DNA of 64,000 nt from Fibrobacteria bacterium (GTDB taxonomy: Bacteria > Fibrobacterota > Fibrobacteria > UBA11236 > JADFYW01): contig OZ253440.1 in NCBI GenBank assembly GCA_965261055.1, forward strand, positions 625,564 to 689,563. Reading direction: 5' to 3'. This document shows positions 60,965-64,000 of this stretch, piece after piece (positions within the stretch are counted from its first letter, which is position 1; each line of letters begins with the position of its first letter). The notes under the pieces were generated by a model. It searched no databases and was not told where the DNA came from. It saw nothing but the letters and a program-made list of their open reading frames with translations. Position numbers and translations under genes: made by a program.

Positions 60965-62950
60965 TTATTTTTCGTAATACTTTTTGACAAAATAACTGCT
61001 TCTTGGATTAAAAAGCTTCATACGATATAGTACCAAAAATTTAAAAACCAACCAAAAAATAAGCCATACACTATTAGAAAAATTTCTTTCATTCCATTTT
61101 CGAGCAGAAACTTGTATTTTCCCTACCTGAGATAAATACAACCCTTCTCTTTTGATTTCCAAAGACAAGAAAACATCTTCCATTAAAGGCATTTTTCTAG
61201 AAAGTCTTCTTGCAAATGATGTTCGAATAAATTGAACTTGATCACCAAAAGAAATGTTTAAAAATCTAGATCTAAAAAGATTTAAGTACTCTATTATTTT
61301 TAATTTCCATTTAGGAAGTGTAAAATCCCTTTTAAACTGCATTTGATGAGCACCTCCAATACTGTCAGGAAATTGGTTCATACTTTTAATAATATTTTTA
61401 AAAATAGTTTCCGATACTTTACAATCAACATGTACTATAACACAAACATCTCCAGTAGCTTTTTGAAGGCCCTCATAAATTTGAAACCCTCTTCCTTTTT
61501 TGGACGAAACAAACCAAACACCCATTCTCTTTAAAATTTCTAAAGTTTGGTCAGTGGAACCACCATCCACAACTAACAAATTATATTCAATATTTTTAAG
61601 CTCTGACCGTAAGTATAAGATTTGCTCTTCTATCATTCTCTCTTCATTATAGGAAGGGATAATCACTGTTAATTTCTTAATCTGTGGATAACTCACTTTT
61701 AAAGAATAATTTCTTCGTCCTTGTAAAATTTTAATCACCACAGAAATCAAAAATGGTAACCAAATCACATAAACAGACCAAGAATACTCAGACCATATGT
61801 TTTCTTGAACATTTCTTTGATACAATGGTAGTAAACCAATAAAACAACTCAAATTTAACGCCAATAAAGGCCAATATGGGATCAAAACTAATAAAGGCAT
61901 AGGCAATAATAAATACCAAGGATGTACTGTAGGCGAAACAAAGACAAACAATAGAAGAACCCATAATATATTGCGTTCAATTCGAGGTTCTATCAATAAA
62001 AAACAAATGCTTAAAAATATTGTGATCAAGAAACCAACCCAAAATGTAAAATTCCCTGCTAAAGGAAAAACTAATGTATAAAATAGACTATTAAAATTTA
62101 AATTTGAAAATTGTTTTAAAGACTGCAATAAATCTTGGTTAGGCTCATAAAAAACAAACCAAAGGGCTAATGGTAAAATACAAAAAACAATCCGATACCA
62201 ATTTTTACTGTTAAAAAAGATTGGTATTAATAACAGCAGCCAATATTTAATCATTATTCCTAGACCTAGGAATAAAAACAAAAAATTAAAGCGTTTTTTA
62301 CAATAAAAAAACAGAATCCAAATTAAGAAATGTACTTGTAAAACATCTAAATGTATTTCACCAATAAAAAATACGAGTGTAGATGGGTTTAAAGCGTAAA
62401 AAACTATAGAAGAAGTTCTCAGACGCAAATAGAGTAATATTTTCCATAGTAAGAACACAGATAATACATCAATCAGAATAAAAAACCAACGCAGAAACTC
62501 AGGAGATGGATATGAGAATGCAAATACCTTGAAAACTAATAAAGAAAGCGGCGGATAAATTGCTGTATAATCTTTATGATTAATTCCTTCCCAAATCGCA
62601 TCTCGATATTTAATAAGAGAAGAATCATCTGGTGAAACAAAATAAGGGCTAAGACCTTCAATCTGCATCTTTCCTTCCCAAGCATAACGATAAAAATCAT
62701 CACTCACTGGATAATGCAAAAATAAAATACGTCCGAACAATGTTAATCCGAAAAAAAACCACCCTATTTTCTTAAATAAAGGAAAACAAAAGTAAAGAAA
62801 AATCATTCCTATGAAACTGAAGCAGTAACCTATAATTTGCCAAATCAAATTTTGACCCAATTCTCCAGTAAAGCGTAAACAGAATATTCCAAAAATCCAT
62901 AACAATAAAGCTACAATTAAAAAAAAGTAATTTAAAAATCTAGACTTCAA
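60965..62950 (-). CDS. Fusion protein: polytopic membrane domain (~440 aa, >=10 TM) + C-terminal family-2 glycosyltransferase domain
   Basis: 661 aa. The C-terminal 220 aa have a GT2 signature (IIPSYNEERMIEEQI...LLVVDGGSTDQT...VIVHVDCK). The N-terminal domain is highly hydrophobic with many TM helices. It overlaps the downstream DUF2064-type gene by 4 nt. Confidence 0.7.
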   Translation of the reverse strand: MKSRFLNYFFLIVALLLWIFGIFCLRFTGELGQNLIWQIIGYCFSFIGMIFLYFCFPLFKKIGWFFFGLTLFGRILFLHYPVSDDFYRYAWEGKMQIEGLSPYFVSPDDSSLIKYRDAIWEGINHKDYTAIYPPLSLLVFKVFAFSYPSPEFLRWFFILIDVLSVFLLWKILLYLRLRTSSIVFYALNPSTLVFFIGEIHLDVLQVHFLIWILFFYCKKRFNFLFLFLGLGIMIKYWLLLLIPIFFNSKNWYRIVFCILPLALWFVFYEPNQDLLQSLKQFSNLNFNSLFYTLVFPLAGNFTFWVGFLITIFLSICFLLIEPRIERNILWVLLLFVFVSPTVHPWYLLLPMPLLVLIPYWPLLALNLSCFIGLLPLYQRNVQENIWSEYSWSVYVIWLPFLISVVIKILQGRRNYSLKVSYPQIKKLTVIIPSYNEERMIEEQILYLRSELKNIEYNLLVVDGGSTDQTLEILKRMGVWFVSSKKGRGFQIYEGLQKATGDVCVIVHVDCKVSETIFKNIIKSMNQFPDSIGGAHQMQFKRDFTLPKWKLKIIEYLNLFRSRFLNISFGDQVQFIRTSFARRLSRKMPLMEDVFLSLEIKREGLYLSQVGKIQVSARKWNERNFSNSVWLIFWLVFKFLVLYRMKLFNPRSSYFVKKYYEK

Positions 62951-63561
62951 GAGACATTCCGATGTAAAAATTGTTTGAAATCTTCTTCTGTATCAATATC
63001 AAACCAAGTTGGTAAACAAAGATAAGATAATTGATTTTTCTTTAGACATTCTAAAGTTTCAGTAAAGACTTTTTCACTTCCCCATGAAATATTTTCAAAA
63101 ACTTGCGGTAAAAATTGACTTAAACCTAACATATAATATCCACCATCTTCTGTTCCGCCAACAACAACAGATTTTCCTTGAGACAGTGCTGAAAAACCTT
63201 CAATCAAAAAAGATAAAGGCATATCAGGACTATCTCCACCTATAACAATATATTGATCTTTAGGATTTTTTCTAAAACAGAACTCAAAGCCTTGTTTAAG
63301 TTTATCTCCCAAAGATCCTCCTAGCTGAGGATGATAAGATTTATCTTCACCGAAAATAGATGTCAAAATAGAACAAGAATTTGATGTAGAATCGAAAAAA
63401 ATTTGTACCTCACAATTTAAAGTAGCAACCCTTTCTTCTATCATTTTTAAAAAATCACAATAAATTTGATAAGCTTTATTATCTCCCAATGTTTTAGCTA
63501 AACGCGTTTTAACCCGACCTTTCTGAGGCTCTTTTAAAAAAATGAGTAAAGTATGACTCAC
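62947..63561 (-). CDS. DUF2064/TIGR04282-type nucleotidyltransferase-fold protein (MobA-like; usual partner of a GT2 enzyme)
   Basis: 204 aa (LIFLKEPQKGRVKTRLAKTLGDNKAYQIY...VIGGDSPDMP...). The family characteristically co-occurs with a GT2 glycosyltransferase, here the overlapping upstream gene. Confidence 0.65.
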   Translation of the reverse strand: MSHTLLIFLKEPQKGRVKTRLAKTLGDNKAYQIYCDFLKMIEERVATLNCEVQIFFDSTSNSCSILTSIFGEDKSYHPQLGGSLGDKLKQGFEFCFRKNPKDQYIVIGGDSPDMPLSFLIEGFSALSQGKSVVVGGTEDGGYYMLGLSQFLPQVFENISWGSEKVFTETLECLKKNQLSYLCLPTWFDIDTEEDFKQFLHRNVS

Positions 63562-63591
63562 AAATGATCTAATATAAAATTTGAAATAAAA

Positions 63592-64000
63592 CTAAATTTT
63601 TTCGTTTATTTCTTCCGTAGTATCTAAAACACCATCTGTTTCACTCTTAACTGTAGCATTCTCCCGATTAAATGATTCTATTTCAGAAGAATCAATCTCA
63701 GATATATCTGAAAAAACATCTGCATCAGCAACAACGTCGTCTTTACCCAATCGTATTACAATATTACCCTGTGTACTTCTACCAATTAAAGAAATTTCAC
63801 TCATATGAGTTTTTATTAAAATTCCTTTACGAGTTAAAATTATAAGCTCATCTTTTTCTAATACAGATGCTATAAAAATTGCTTTACCATTCTTTTCCGT
63901 AAGATTAATATTACGAACACCTTTACCACCTCGATTAGTAATACGGTATTCTTCTATACGCGTTTTTTTACCATAACCTTTGTCAGTTAAAGTTAAAACC
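63592..64000 (-). CDS. gyrA: DNA gyrase subunit A, C-terminal end (gene continues beyond the window end)
   Basis: The minus-strand translation reads ...LTDKGYGKKTRIEEYRITNRGGKGVRNINLTEKNGKAIFIASVLEKDELIILTRKGILIKTHMSEISLIGRSTQGNIVIRLGKDDVVADADVFSDISEIDSSEIES...*. This is the GyrA C-terminal beta-pinwheel blade (GYGKRT..EYR.Q.RGGKG) plus an acidic tail typical of GyrA rather than ParC. Confidence 0.8.
   Translation of the reverse strand, partial: VLTLTDKGYGKKTRIEEYRITNRGGKGVRNINLTEKNGKAIFIASVLEKDELIILTRKGILIKTHMSEISLIGRSTQGNIVIRLGKDDVVADADVFSDISEIDSSEIESFNRENATVKSETDGVLDTTEEINEKI

Overview
This 64 kb window comes from an AT-rich (roughly 30% GC) diderm bacterium. The diderm call rests on SecDF, SurA-like, Omp85/TamA-like and TamB-like genes, and the lineage cannot be named from sequence alone. 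Most of the window is housekeeping. A minus-strand dcw cluster runs mraZ-rsmH-ftsL-ftsI-murE-murF and is followed directly by an ftsW/SEDS start. Elsewhere are pheA, rph, comM, two spoVG-like genes, a secG-tpiA-pgk-gap cluster next to tRNA-Leu(GAG), a surA-like gene, an ftsE-like ABC ATPase, uvrD/pcrA, carB, ilvD, alr, serC, queF, hisS, a secDF fusion, tRNA-His(GUG), groES-groEL, a glycosyltransferase pair, and the 3' end of gyrA. Two accessory regions stand out. (1) At 13.1-23.0 kb a co-directional ~9.8 kb defence supra-operon is built on a type I RM system, hsdM ... hsdR. Nested between hsdM and hsdR are a class II Fic AMPylase, a HepT/MNT (HEPN toxin/nucleotidyltransferase) pair in reversed order whose MNT reading frame runs straight into hsdS, and a complete Dcm-type C5-MTase plus a candidate cognate restriction endonuclease. 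The hsdS gene carries a G9 homopolymeric tract exactly at the start of its second target-recognition domain. In the sequenced state it is frameshifted, and G8 would restore the full-length protein. This is a strong candidate phase-variable specificity switch. (2) At 30.5-35.6 kb an insertion sits at the 3' end of uvrD, bounded by a decayed ~455 bp duplicate of the uvrD 3' end. It carries a C5-MTase pseudogene (GAA->TAA in the ENV motif), restriction-endonuclease remnants, and a fragmented Dam-like MTase. There is no integrase, which fits RM mobility with long target duplication. Two further regions lack clear genes: 7.4-7.85 kb and about 2 kb after groEL.
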